A stretch of 64,000 nucleotides of DNA, from NCBI GenBank assembly GCA_942493175.1, contig OW818672.1, forward strand, positions 1,603,541 to 1,667,540, given 5' to 3'. Both the position numbers and the translations under genes were made by a program. The notes below the pieces were generated by a model. It was given only the letters and a program-made list of their open reading frames with translations. It was not told the DNA's origin and did not search any database. The stretch comes from Sulfurimonadaceae bacterium. Its GTDB lineage: Bacteria; Campylobacterota; Campylobacteria; Campylobacterales; Sulfurimonadaceae. Below, piece after piece: positions 1 through 8,527 of the stretch. How positions within the stretch are numbered: the stretch's first letter is position 1; each line of letters starts with the position of its first letter.

Positions 1-746
1 AACCTTATGACATCATAGAATTCGGACTTAGAGTAAAAAATGCCATTAAACTCGGAGCTTACCAAAATATGCTCAAAGAGCACAAGAAAGTCTTGGAGCA
101 AGAAGTTGCTAAGAAGACTAAAGAGCTCCAAAGTGCTCTCATTGAAATCCAAAAAAGTGAACAAGACATCATCTCTATTTTGGCTAAAACTGCCGAATAT
201 AGAGACAATGAAACCTCAGCCCACACCCTTAGAGTCGGCGAAATGGCAGCGCTCATAGCCAAAAAAATCGGATGGAGCAGTGAAGACATCGAACTTATGA
301 GGTTGGCGTCTCCTATGCATGATATTGGAAAAGTCGGTATTGCGGACAATATCCTTTTAAAAGCTGGAAAACTTGATGAGGAGGAGTTTGAGATAATGAA
401 ACAGCACTCCGCCATCGGATACTCAATACTCTCTCAAAAAGAGACACCACTTTTAAAACTTGCGGCTGAAATAGCTCATACTCATCATGAAAAATATAAC
501 GGCAAAGGCTATCCGAATGGCTTAATAGGCGATAATATCCCGCTTAGCGGTGCCATAGTTGCCGTTGTCGATGTTTTTGATGCACTTCTTAGCGAGAGAC
601 CTTACAAGAGAGCATTTACGCTTGAAAAAGCTCTTGAAATCATTCAAAATGACTCAGGGACACATTTTCATCCAATTGTTGTTGAGCTGTTTATGGATAG
701 CTTGGATGAAATTTTAGCCATAAGAACAAAACTTCAAGATGTTTAA
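1..746 (+). CDS. HD-GYP domain c-di-GMP phosphodiesterase, probably the C-terminal part of a receiver-HD-GYP (RpfG-like) protein; the 5' end lies left of the window
   Basis: The frame of the 69..746 ORF stays open back to nt 3 (PYDIIEFGLRVKNAIKLGAYQNM...), so the gene is cut by the window edge. The translation carries an HD motif (PMHDIGKVG) and the HHEKYNGKGYP signature. Its stop overlaps the next gene's ATG by 8 nt. Confidence 0.85.
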   Translation, partial: PYDIIEFGLRVKNAIKLGAYQNMLKEHKKVLEQEVAKKTKELQSALIEIQKSEQDIISILAKTAEYRDNETSAHTLRVGEMAALIAKKIGWSSEDIELMRLASPMHDIGKVGIADNILLKAGKLDEEEFEIMKQHSAIGYSILSQKETPLLKLAAEIAHTHHEKYNGKGYPNGLIGDNIPLSGAIVAVVDVFDALLSERPYKRAFTLEKALEIIQNDSGTHFHPIVVELFMDSLDEILAIRTKLQDV

Positions 747-2778
747 TTTTATAAAAAAATCACTACGCAATAAACTTCTATCTACTTTTATAATTATCGG
801 TTTTTTGCCGTTTCTGACACTCTTAATTTATACGCTTTTTTTAAGTGAATCAAAAATAGTAAACAAAACTATTGATGAACATCTTGAGAGAACCAAAGTT
901 GTAATAGAGTTAATTGACAACCATCTAGGAAGCTTAACTAAAGAGGTCAGGTTTCTAAGCTCACTTGATTTGATGGATGACCTTTTAGCAGAAGATATAG
1001 ATAAAAGAATCTCAAGACTTTTAACTCAAAAAAGAGACGATTTAAATTTAGATATAACTTTTATGGCAGTAGCTTTAGACTCCACAATAGTTGCTTCATC
1101 CGATAAAAATATATTGCTTAAAAAATATACTCAGCAAGAGTTAAATCTAAAAGAGCATGGAGCTTATGTAAAAGATGAGTATCTCTACATATACTCACAA
1201 ATAAGTGCTTCATTTGATAAAACAAAAAAACTTGGATTTTTGGTTTTAAAGTACAATCTAAAAAACCTAGACTCATATCTGACACACAATGATACCGTTC
1301 ACTCATACATAATAGATTCGAAAAATAGTTTTCTAATAGGTGAAAATATACCTCTGAAAATAAACTTTAACAACAAAACAAACAGCATTATAGATAGCAA
1401 ATATGTTGTCGTATATGAAAAATTATCATCTATTTTAAATGATTGGCATATTGTTTACGCCGTAGATAAAGGTGTTGCACTTGAATTTTTATATGATTTT
1501 ATCAGTTTTATGCTCTACATGTCATTTATAATTTTCATACTGATTATCTATATGTCCATCAAACAATCAAGAGAGATTGTAAAACCGATTGAAGAGTTGA
1601 CTGCCACAACAAACTACATAACAAAAACACAAAACTACTCCGCACAACTGAATGTAAATTCGCAGGATGAGATAGCCACGCTCACACACTCTTTTAATAA
1701 CATGTTAAAAACTACCTACTCCGCACTTCAGACGCTAGAAGAAGAGAATAAATTAAGATTAAAAAGGTTCACTCAGCTAATCGAAGTCTTCAATACCATC
1801 ATTCAGACAAAAAGTGAAGATGAGTGTATGGATGTCTCTATGCAAGAGATAAAAAAGTTGACAAATAAAGAGAATCTGCATTTTCAAAAAGACCAAAATA
1901 TAGTTTCAGACAAAGAGTGTACAAATCTTTATGTTACAGATTTTGAAAATGATGAGAAAATCTACTTTGGTTCAATTGAGTTAGGAATAGAGAGCTTTGA
2001 AGATAAAAATGAACAAGATTTTTACAACTCCATCGCTTCTATGATTACACTGCAGCTTGATAAAATCAGACTAATCCAGAGAACTACCTCAGCATCAAGG
2101 GCAAAATCGGCATTTATCTCAAATATGTCGCATGAGCTTAGAACTCCGCTAAATGCGATTATAGGTTTTGCACAGTTTATGATTGAGTACGAAGAGTTAA
2201 GCGAGGATCAAAAAGATACAGTTGGAAATATAGAATCTTCTGCACAGTATCTTCTTAGTATGATAAATGAGATTTTAGACATAGCTAAGATTGAAGCCGG
2301 CAAGATGGAAGCACGAATTGAGAGTGTAAATATCTTAGATATAGTTCAAAGCAGCTACAACATGCTCTCTCCTTTGGCTAAGGATAAAAATATCAAATTT
2401 GATTTGATTTATGATAACTTTGAAAATAAAAAATACCAAACCGACCCTCAGATGTTTAAACAAATTGTAGTAAATCTTATCTCAAATGCTATAAAATTTA
2501 CTCCGAAGGGAAGCGTACTTCTTGAGCTGTATACTGATGAAAAAAATCTATATGTCAGCGTAAAAGACAGCGGCATAGGAATATCTGAAGATGATATGAA
2601 TCGTCTATTCAATGACTTTACCCAGCTTGAAAATGTTATACAAAAGAGTCATAGAGGAACGGGGCTGGGCTTATCGTTAAGTAAAAAAATGGCAAATATT
2701 TTGGGCGGAGATGTCACGCTCAAGAGCGATGGCATAGGGCATGGAACTATCTCTACTTTTTCACTTCAAATAAAATAG
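739..2778 (+). CDS. Membrane sensor histidine kinase (periplasmic sensor domain, HAMP, HisKA, HATPase)
   Basis: Two hydrophobic segments flank a domain of about 230 aa. Also present: a HAMP-like linker (EELTATTNYI...FNNMLKT), an H-box SHELRTPLNAI, and N/G boxes (NLISNAIKFTP, DSGIGI, GTGLGLS). The ATG overlaps the upstream HD-GYP gene. Confidence 0.85.
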   Translation: MFNFIKKSLRNKLLSTFIIIGFLPFLTLLIYTLFLSESKIVNKTIDEHLERTKVVIELIDNHLGSLTKEVRFLSSLDLMDDLLAEDIDKRISRLLTQKRDDLNLDITFMAVALDSTIVASSDKNILLKKYTQQELNLKEHGAYVKDEYLYIYSQISASFDKTKKLGFLVLKYNLKNLDSYLTHNDTVHSYIIDSKNSFLIGENIPLKINFNNKTNSIIDSKYVVVYEKLSSILNDWHIVYAVDKGVALEFLYDFISFMLYMSFIIFILIIYMSIKQSREIVKPIEELTATTNYITKTQNYSAQLNVNSQDEIATLTHSFNNMLKTTYSALQTLEEENKLRLKRFTQLIEVFNTIIQTKSEDECMDVSMQEIKKLTNKENLHFQKDQNIVSDKECTNLYVTDFENDEKIYFGSIELGIESFEDKNEQDFYNSIASMITLQLDKIRLIQRTTSASRAKSAFISNMSHELRTPLNAIIGFAQFMIEYEELSEDQKDTVGNIESSAQYLLSMINEILDIAKIEAGKMEARIESVNILDIVQSSYNMLSPLAKDKNIKFDLIYDNFENKKYQTDPQMFKQIVVNLISNAIKFTPKGSVLLELYTDEKNLYVSVKDSGIGISEDDMNRLFNDFTQLENVIQKSHRGTGLGLSLSKKMANILGGDVTLKSDGIGHGTISTFSLQIK

Positions 2779-2818
2779 TTGTAACCTTCATGAAATAAAA
2801 TAGCACTAAACTTGTGCT

Positions 2819-4579
2819 ATGAAAAACGATTTGCCAAAAAAGTGGATTAACAACTTAAAAATTCTAGATGTTGCATTCCAGCCGATTTTAAATATTCATA
2901 CCGGAAAAATTTTCGGAGTTGAAGCACTTCTTAGAAATTATCAGGAGGTGGGATTTGGCTCTATTTTTGAACTGTTTGACGAAGTGTACAGAGACAACCT
3001 GCTCTACTCTTTTGATTTAAAGCTGCGAGAAAAAGCTTTAAAAAAATTCATAACAATTAACGGTTATAAAAATATTAAACTCTTTTACAACCTCGACAAC
3101 AGGCTTCTTGAGATGCCGGACTTCTCAAACGGAAACACAAACAAACTCTTAAGTGATTACGGCGTTGATAAAAACGGTGTCTGTTTTGAAATTTCAGAGA
3201 GGCATGAAATCTCAAACAGCTCTAAAATGGAAGAGATTCTTAACCACTATAAAGAGGAAAAATTTTGCATCGCCATTGATGATTTTGGTGTCGGTCACTC
3301 CGGTTACAAACTTCTTTATGACTCCAAACCAAACATTATAAAAATAGATAGATTTTTTTTAACCGATATAGATACAAATATCAAAAAAAAGCTTATGACT
3401 AGAAGCATAACTCATTTGGCTATTCAGCTCGGCATAAAAGTAATAGCAGAGGGGGTTGAAACTAAAGAGGAACTGCTTGCATGCAGAGATATAGGGTGTC
3501 ACTTGATTCAAGGCTATTTGGTTCAAAGACCAACTCTTAGGGCAACAGAAATTTTAAATGAATATACCCATATAATTGACATCTTAAATGATGAAAAAAG
3601 AGCAACAAACAGTAGTTGTAAAATAGAGACATATGTAGACAAAACAGCTCCGCTTTTTATAGAAACAAGCATGGGCTTAGTAATTGAGAAATTTCAAAAA
3701 AATCCAGATATAGAAGTCGCTGTCGTTGTTAACTCTCAAAATGAACCGGTTGGTATTTTGCAAGAAAACAAAATTAAAGAGTTTATATATTCGCCATATG
3801 GAAGATCATTAATGGTAAACAGCGGCTCAAAAAAACTCAAACTCAAAAACCTTGTCCAGCCTTGCGGAATTACTGAAATAAATTGCAACATGTCAACAGT
3901 AATTGAGCTTTTTTCAAACAACCCGGAATCAATCGGCATAATCTTAACAAATAACTCAAAATATTACGGATTTTTATCGGCTAGAGCAATTATTTCCATT
4001 ATGAATGAGCAAAATTTAATATATGCTAGAGAACAAAATCCATTGACCAAGCTTCCCGGAAATTTGATGATAGAAAAATATCTATCAGATATAACTACAA
4101 ATAAAAACAGCTACATTTTATGCTATTTTGATTTAGACAATTTTAAAGCATTTAATGATGTTTATGGATTTAGAAGCGGGGATAGAGCGATTATTCTCTT
4201 TGCAGATATTTTGAGAAAAAATCTACCTTCAGAGTTTTTCAAAGCCCATATCGGCGGTGATGACTTTTTTGTTGGAGTTGAATTCAATAAAGATACCGAG
4301 AAAAAATATATAAAAAAATTATTTAATATTCTCACAAAATTTAAAGATGATGCGAGAGAGTTTTACTCCAAAGAAGATAAAAAAAACGACTGCATCTCCT
4401 CAACAGACAGAGACGGAAATTTGAAAAAATTTGCTTTACTTAGCGCAAGTGCTTCTTTGGTTATTATGCACGATACAAAATGTAAAAAAAACATTAACAA
4501 TATTAATGAAATTTTATCTATTCAAAAAAAAGTTGCAAAACAAGATTGCAATCATATCTCGATGAGTTCATTACTATAA
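2819..4579 (+). CDS. EAL - CBS pair - GGDEF-like multidomain c-di-GMP protein (intact EAL, variant GGDDF)
   Basis: EAL signature (FGVEALLRN, CFEISE, AIDDFGVGHSG, EGVETKEE, QGYLVQRP). Two CBS-like repeats in the middle. The C-terminal cyclase fold (FDLDNFKAFNDVYGFRSGD) has GGDDF in place of GG[DE]EF and no RxxD I-site. Confidence 0.85.
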   Translation: MKNDLPKKWINNLKILDVAFQPILNIHTGKIFGVEALLRNYQEVGFGSIFELFDEVYRDNLLYSFDLKLREKALKKFITINGYKNIKLFYNLDNRLLEMPDFSNGNTNKLLSDYGVDKNGVCFEISERHEISNSSKMEEILNHYKEEKFCIAIDDFGVGHSGYKLLYDSKPNIIKIDRFFLTDIDTNIKKKLMTRSITHLAIQLGIKVIAEGVETKEELLACRDIGCHLIQGYLVQRPTLRATEILNEYTHIIDILNDEKRATNSSCKIETYVDKTAPLFIETSMGLVIEKFQKNPDIEVAVVVNSQNEPVGILQENKIKEFIYSPYGRSLMVNSGSKKLKLKNLVQPCGITEINCNMSTVIELFSNNPESIGIILTNNSKYYGFLSARAIISIMNEQNLIYAREQNPLTKLPGNLMIEKYLSDITTNKNSYILCYFDLDNFKAFNDVYGFRSGDRAIILFADILRKNLPSEFFKAHIGGDDFFVGVEFNKDTEKKYIKKLFNILTKFKDDAREFYSKEDKKNDCISSTDRDGNLKKFALLSASASLVIMHDTKCKKNINNINEILSIQKKVAKQDCNHISMSSLL

Positions 4580-4608
4580 AATAAAAAACCAAAATGGAGT
4601 ATTGTCAT

Positions 4609-5991
4609 ATGGAAAAAAATAAAGTTTATGTACTGGATACAAATATTATTTTGCAAAACCTGCAAAATATAAAAAATTTAAGCGACAACGGCTCAAATAT
4701 AATCGTAATACCCGAAACGGTACTGCTTGAACTTGAAGATAAGAAAAAACTTACAAATGAGCTTGGGTTTTACTCAAGAGAGTTTGCCAGGTTTTTAGCC
4801 TCCACAAAGATAAAAGAGATAGATCTTAAACAAAACTATAAAGTCGTCAAGCTTTATAAAGATGACATTATCGTCCACATTATTTCAAAGAACAGCTACG
4901 AAACACAGATTGAGCAACACCATATTTCAGAGAGCAACGACAAGAGAATCATAGAAGTTGCCGAAGTTGCAAAAGAGTACTACCGCGGTAAAAAAGTAAT
5001 ATTTTTATCTATCGACATATATGCAAGAACTTTCGCTTTGTTTAAAAATCTCAAGACCCAAACACTCAATGACGACAAAAGCGAAGTTCCTGATTTTGAA
5101 TTTGTAAAAAGTGTAAACTTAGAGTCTATCTATTTTAACAACCTAAATCTTCAGCCCATTAAAGAGATAGACGCCAAACATAAGGCTGAAAATTTTTGCT
5201 ATGTTTTTGAATCAAGTGACGGAAATAGCGCACACGGCATTGTAGTGGGCGATAAAGTTATGATTATGGACGAGAGCGATTTTAATCCTCTTTGTGTAAA
5301 ACCTGCAAACTTAAAACAGAAATTTTTCACAAAAGCAATTATTGAGAATGTTTACAACCTTTTGGTGATTGACGCAAAAGCCGGAAGCGGTAAAACTCTT
5401 ATGTCGTTTGTCGCCGCCATGAGGCTTGTTGACAAAGGATTGTATGACAAGATAGTCTATGTCAGAAACTCCATAGAGTCGATAGACAAAGGTGCAGAGG
5501 TTGGATTTTTATCCGGAAATGATGAAAAATTTAGAATCTACAATATGGCACTAAACGATACTATGGAGTTCATCGCAAAAAAACGGCTCAAAAAAGGGGT
5601 AAATGCCGATAGCGCAGAATCCATAAAATCAAAAGCCGAAGAGCTGATGTACAAATATGATATCCAAACGCTTTGGCCGGGAGAAGCAAGAGGCAGAACG
5701 CTAAGCGGTGCGATTGTAATTATGGACGAGTGGCAAAACAGCAGCGAAAAAACAACACAGCTTATACTCTCAAGGCTTGATGAAAACTGCATGGCAATCG
5801 TTATAGGTTCAAACAGACAAATCGACAATCTCTATCTAAACAAATACAACAACGGTCTTACAACCCTGCTCAAGCAGACAAGAAAAAAACATCGTGAACT
5901 GAGTATTTTTGCCATAGAGCTTGAAAAAGCCGTTCGCGGAAAATTTGCCGAGTTTAGTGAAAGAATTTTTGAGAAAAATGACAACAAATAG
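4609..5991 (+). CDS. PIN-domain plus PhoH-like ATPase (PhoH2/YlaK-type)
   Basis: N-terminal PIN acidic residues (VYVLDTNII, IPETVLLELE, SNDKRIIEVA). Walker A AKAGSGKTLMS and Walker B IVIMDEWQN. I prefer the ATG at 4609 (GGAG 9 nt upstream) over the track start at 4594. Confidence 0.8.
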   Translation: MEKNKVYVLDTNIILQNLQNIKNLSDNGSNIIVIPETVLLELEDKKKLTNELGFYSREFARFLASTKIKEIDLKQNYKVVKLYKDDIIVHIISKNSYETQIEQHHISESNDKRIIEVAEVAKEYYRGKKVIFLSIDIYARTFALFKNLKTQTLNDDKSEVPDFEFVKSVNLESIYFNNLNLQPIKEIDAKHKAENFCYVFESSDGNSAHGIVVGDKVMIMDESDFNPLCVKPANLKQKFFTKAIIENVYNLLVIDAKAGSGKTLMSFVAAMRLVDKGLYDKIVYVRNSIESIDKGAEVGFLSGNDEKFRIYNMALNDTMEFIAKKRLKKGVNADSAESIKSKAEELMYKYDIQTLWPGEARGRTLSGAIVIMDEWQNSSEKTTQLILSRLDENCMAIVIGSNRQIDNLYLNKYNNGLTTLLKQTRKKHRELSIFAIELEKAVRGKFAEFSERIFEKNDNK

Positions 5992-7645
5992 ATTTATAAA
6001 CGACACTATCTACAGCCATATAGAACATACGCAGCTTGAAGAGAGCGCACTTCAGAGCAAAATATTGAGCAGATTGCAGTTTATAACCCAAAATGCGCTG
6101 GCTTATTTTGCTTTTCCCTCAATCAACACAAAGCGCTATATCCACTCTCTTGGCACTATGCATGTCGCCTCTCATATGTACAAAAATGCCCTTTTAAATG
6201 CGAAGGGCGACCTCAGAAGCAAGGTTTTAAATGAGATTTTTCATGCCGTCAAAAAAATAGAAGTTGAACTGCACATTGAAAAAAAGATACAAAAAAGCAA
6301 ACTTTTTGAAGACGATACACTCTACCAATTTTTGATACCGCTTAAAAATGAGAAAGAGAAGTACGCGTACCTGCTCTCACTTCAAGCCATACGATTTGCA
6401 GGACTGCTCCATGACGCCGGACATCTTCCATTTTCACATCAGGTAGAGTTTGCCATGCAAAATCTCTTTCATGAGAACTCAAATAGAGAAAACAGAAATA
6501 AAAAACAGAGCGAATTTGTAGAGTTTTACAAAACCATCACCGATAATAACAGGTTGGTTTTACATGAAGCGATGGGCTTAGAGTTTGTAAAAATGCTCTT
6601 TGAACATGAGATAGCACAAAACTATTCGTTTAGTGTTGATGAAGATTATATAAAAATAATCTACAAGTTAGTAACTCTCATCTTAGAAGAGGGAGTAGTT
6701 GAGGGTTTTGATTTTGGAGTGCTTCATACGCTCATAGATGCGACGGTAGATGCCGATAGGATTGACTACATAAATCGTGATATGCTTGCCAGCGGTTACA
6801 TCGGTGGTGCAGTTGATTTGCTTAGAATTGCAAAACAGACGGTTTTAACCAAAACAAAAGACGACGACTACTATATCTCATTTTTTGATAGTGCTATTTT
6901 AGATATAGAACATATGCTTGAGATGCGTTTTAACCTCTATAAAAAAGTGATTTTTAACCACCAGATAGCAAAAAAAGATGCGATGCTTGAAAATCTTATT
7001 GTCTATCTTGCAAACGAATACTTTTTAACTCCAAAAGATAAAAAGTTAAACAATATCTCTATGCTTTGGAAATTTTTACAACCCAAAGGTTTTGAAAAAA
7101 AGCTAGACACTATCAATCTTCTTGATGAAAATTGGCTTATTTCACTCTTTAAAGAGGAGTATTTCAACCTTAAATACTCAAATAAAAAAGATACGAAAAA
7201 GAGTTTGATGATTTTTGAAGAGGTGCTTTTTGGCAAAAAATACTTTAACTCTCTATGGAAAAATCTCAATGATTTATATGTCATGTTGGATTTTACTACA
7301 ACTCAAAAATACCAATTTCGTGAGAGTTTCGGATATATTACACCATCCAAACTGATTATGTTAAAAAAGGCTCTTGATGAGTTTATTGAATGTCACGAAA
7401 CAAAAGAGAAGGAGCTGTTTTTCTCTTATCAGATAGTCTCTTTCAAACTTGGAGTGTCAAAAGATTTTTGCCTCTCTAGCAGCAAAGATTTAATTGCGAT
7501 AGATGAGATTTCAACTCTGAGAAAAAGACTCAAAAAATCGATGCAAAATACTGTTCCTTTTTTTCTCTACTGCAACAAAGATGAATTAAGTTCAAAAATG
7601 AGATATGATTTAAAAGAGATTTTACTGAGTGTTTTTAAAAAATAA
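5978..7645 (+). CDS. HD-domain phosphohydrolase of the SAMHD1/COG1078 type (possible dNTP triphosphohydrolase)
   Basis: H...HD...D metal quartet: RYIHSLGTMHV, LLHDAGHLPFSH, DADRIDYINRD. The ATG at 5978 lies 14 nt inside the end of the PhoH-like ORF (stop at 5989-5991), which implies translational coupling. The track start at 5921 is probably an upstream extension. Confidence 0.7.
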   Translation: MTTNRFINDTIYSHIEHTQLEESALQSKILSRLQFITQNALAYFAFPSINTKRYIHSLGTMHVASHMYKNALLNAKGDLRSKVLNEIFHAVKKIEVELHIEKKIQKSKLFEDDTLYQFLIPLKNEKEKYAYLLSLQAIRFAGLLHDAGHLPFSHQVEFAMQNLFHENSNRENRNKKQSEFVEFYKTITDNNRLVLHEAMGLEFVKMLFEHEIAQNYSFSVDEDYIKIIYKLVTLILEEGVVEGFDFGVLHTLIDATVDADRIDYINRDMLASGYIGGAVDLLRIAKQTVLTKTKDDDYYISFFDSAILDIEHMLEMRFNLYKKVIFNHQIAKKDAMLENLIVYLANEYFLTPKDKKLNNISMLWKFLQPKGFEKKLDTINLLDENWLISLFKEEYFNLKYSNKKDTKKSLMIFEEVLFGKKYFNSLWKNLNDLYVMLDFTTTQKYQFRESFGYITPSKLIMLKKALDEFIECHETKEKELFFSYQIVSFKLGVSKDFCLSSSKDLIAIDEISTLRKRLKKSMQNTVPFFLYCNKDELSSKMRYDLKEILLSVFKK

Positions 7646-7666
7646 AAAGATTTCAAGGAAAGAACA

Positions 7667-8449
7667 GTGCAAGCCATAAAAAAACTCATAGCATATCAAA
7701 CATGCGAAAAATTTGACACAAAACTATATACGGCTCTTCAAGAGCGATATAAAACCACACTGCAAAAAGATATTGCCATAGTTGAAATTAGTGATGATGA
7801 GCTCATAATTCTCTTTGAATATGGAGCTCTTGTCTGTTGGAATACTTCATTTGATAACATAAAATTCTTTAAAGATTTTATAAAAAAGTATGAGATAGAA
7901 AGATTTGAAGAGAGTATCGTAGAGACACTCGATTATGAGATTTCAAATGAGTTCAGTATAAAACTTGACAAACTGACACTTGAAGATGAGCAAAAAATAA
8001 CAAAAATAGCAATTTCACATGCTATTGCCCAAAACATAAAACTTGAGCAGTTTGAAACAGAGGTTCAAAAAAGCATAGAAGAAAACAGTACTATCCCTAA
8101 ACAGCTTGTAAAAAACGGTACCATGAATCTAAGCAAAAAACAGATATCCAAAAAAATAGGCGAACTCTATTTGGCAAAAAGTAAAATCAATCTTCACTAC
8201 AATCTGCTTGATACACCGGAGTTTTTTTGGGAACACTCCAAATATGAACCACACTATGAAAAAATATCAAAATACCTTGATATTCGCTCTAGGATTGAGG
8301 TTTTAAACAAAAAACTAGAGGTTATTCAAGAGTTACTAAATATGCTTAGCAACGAACAAAACCACAAATATTCATCATTTTTAGAGTGGATAATTATTAT
8401 ACTCATCGCATTTGAGATTATTATGAATATAGCGGAGCATTTTCTTTAA
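7667..8449 (+). CDS. RMD1/DUF155 family protein with C-terminal transmembrane helix
   Basis: LFEYGALVCWN core typical of DUF155, and a hydrophobic C-terminus WIIIILIAFEIIMNI. GTG start with AAGGA upstream. It sits 21 nt after the HD gene. Confidence 0.6.
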   Translation: MQAIKKLIAYQTCEKFDTKLYTALQERYKTTLQKDIAIVEISDDELIILFEYGALVCWNTSFDNIKFFKDFIKKYEIERFEESIVETLDYEISNEFSIKLDKLTLEDEQKITKIAISHAIAQNIKLEQFETEVQKSIEENSTIPKQLVKNGTMNLSKKQISKKIGELYLAKSKINLHYNLLDTPEFFWEHSKYEPHYEKISKYLDIRSRIEVLNKKLEVIQELLNMLSNEQNHKYSSFLEWIIIILIAFEIIMNIAEHFL

Positions 8450-8527
8450 AAAACATACACAATATTTTTGATGATTGCTTAACCCTTAAAATGCTAAAAT
8501 TGCACTAATTTAAGATGGAGAGTACAA

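Noticed and set aside
5921-5977. N-terminal extensions of track ORFs: 5921 for the HD gene, 30579 for the gamma-CA-like gene, 46871 for murD, 55127 for the GGDEF-EAL gene, 25332 for secF, 23602 for the DUF302-like gene, 4594 for PhoH2
   Set aside because: The extensions run deep into the preceding gene and encode non-homologous sequence. Internal ATG or GTG codons with Shine-Dalgarno-like sequences, or ATGA/TGATG coupling, give N-termini typical of the families.
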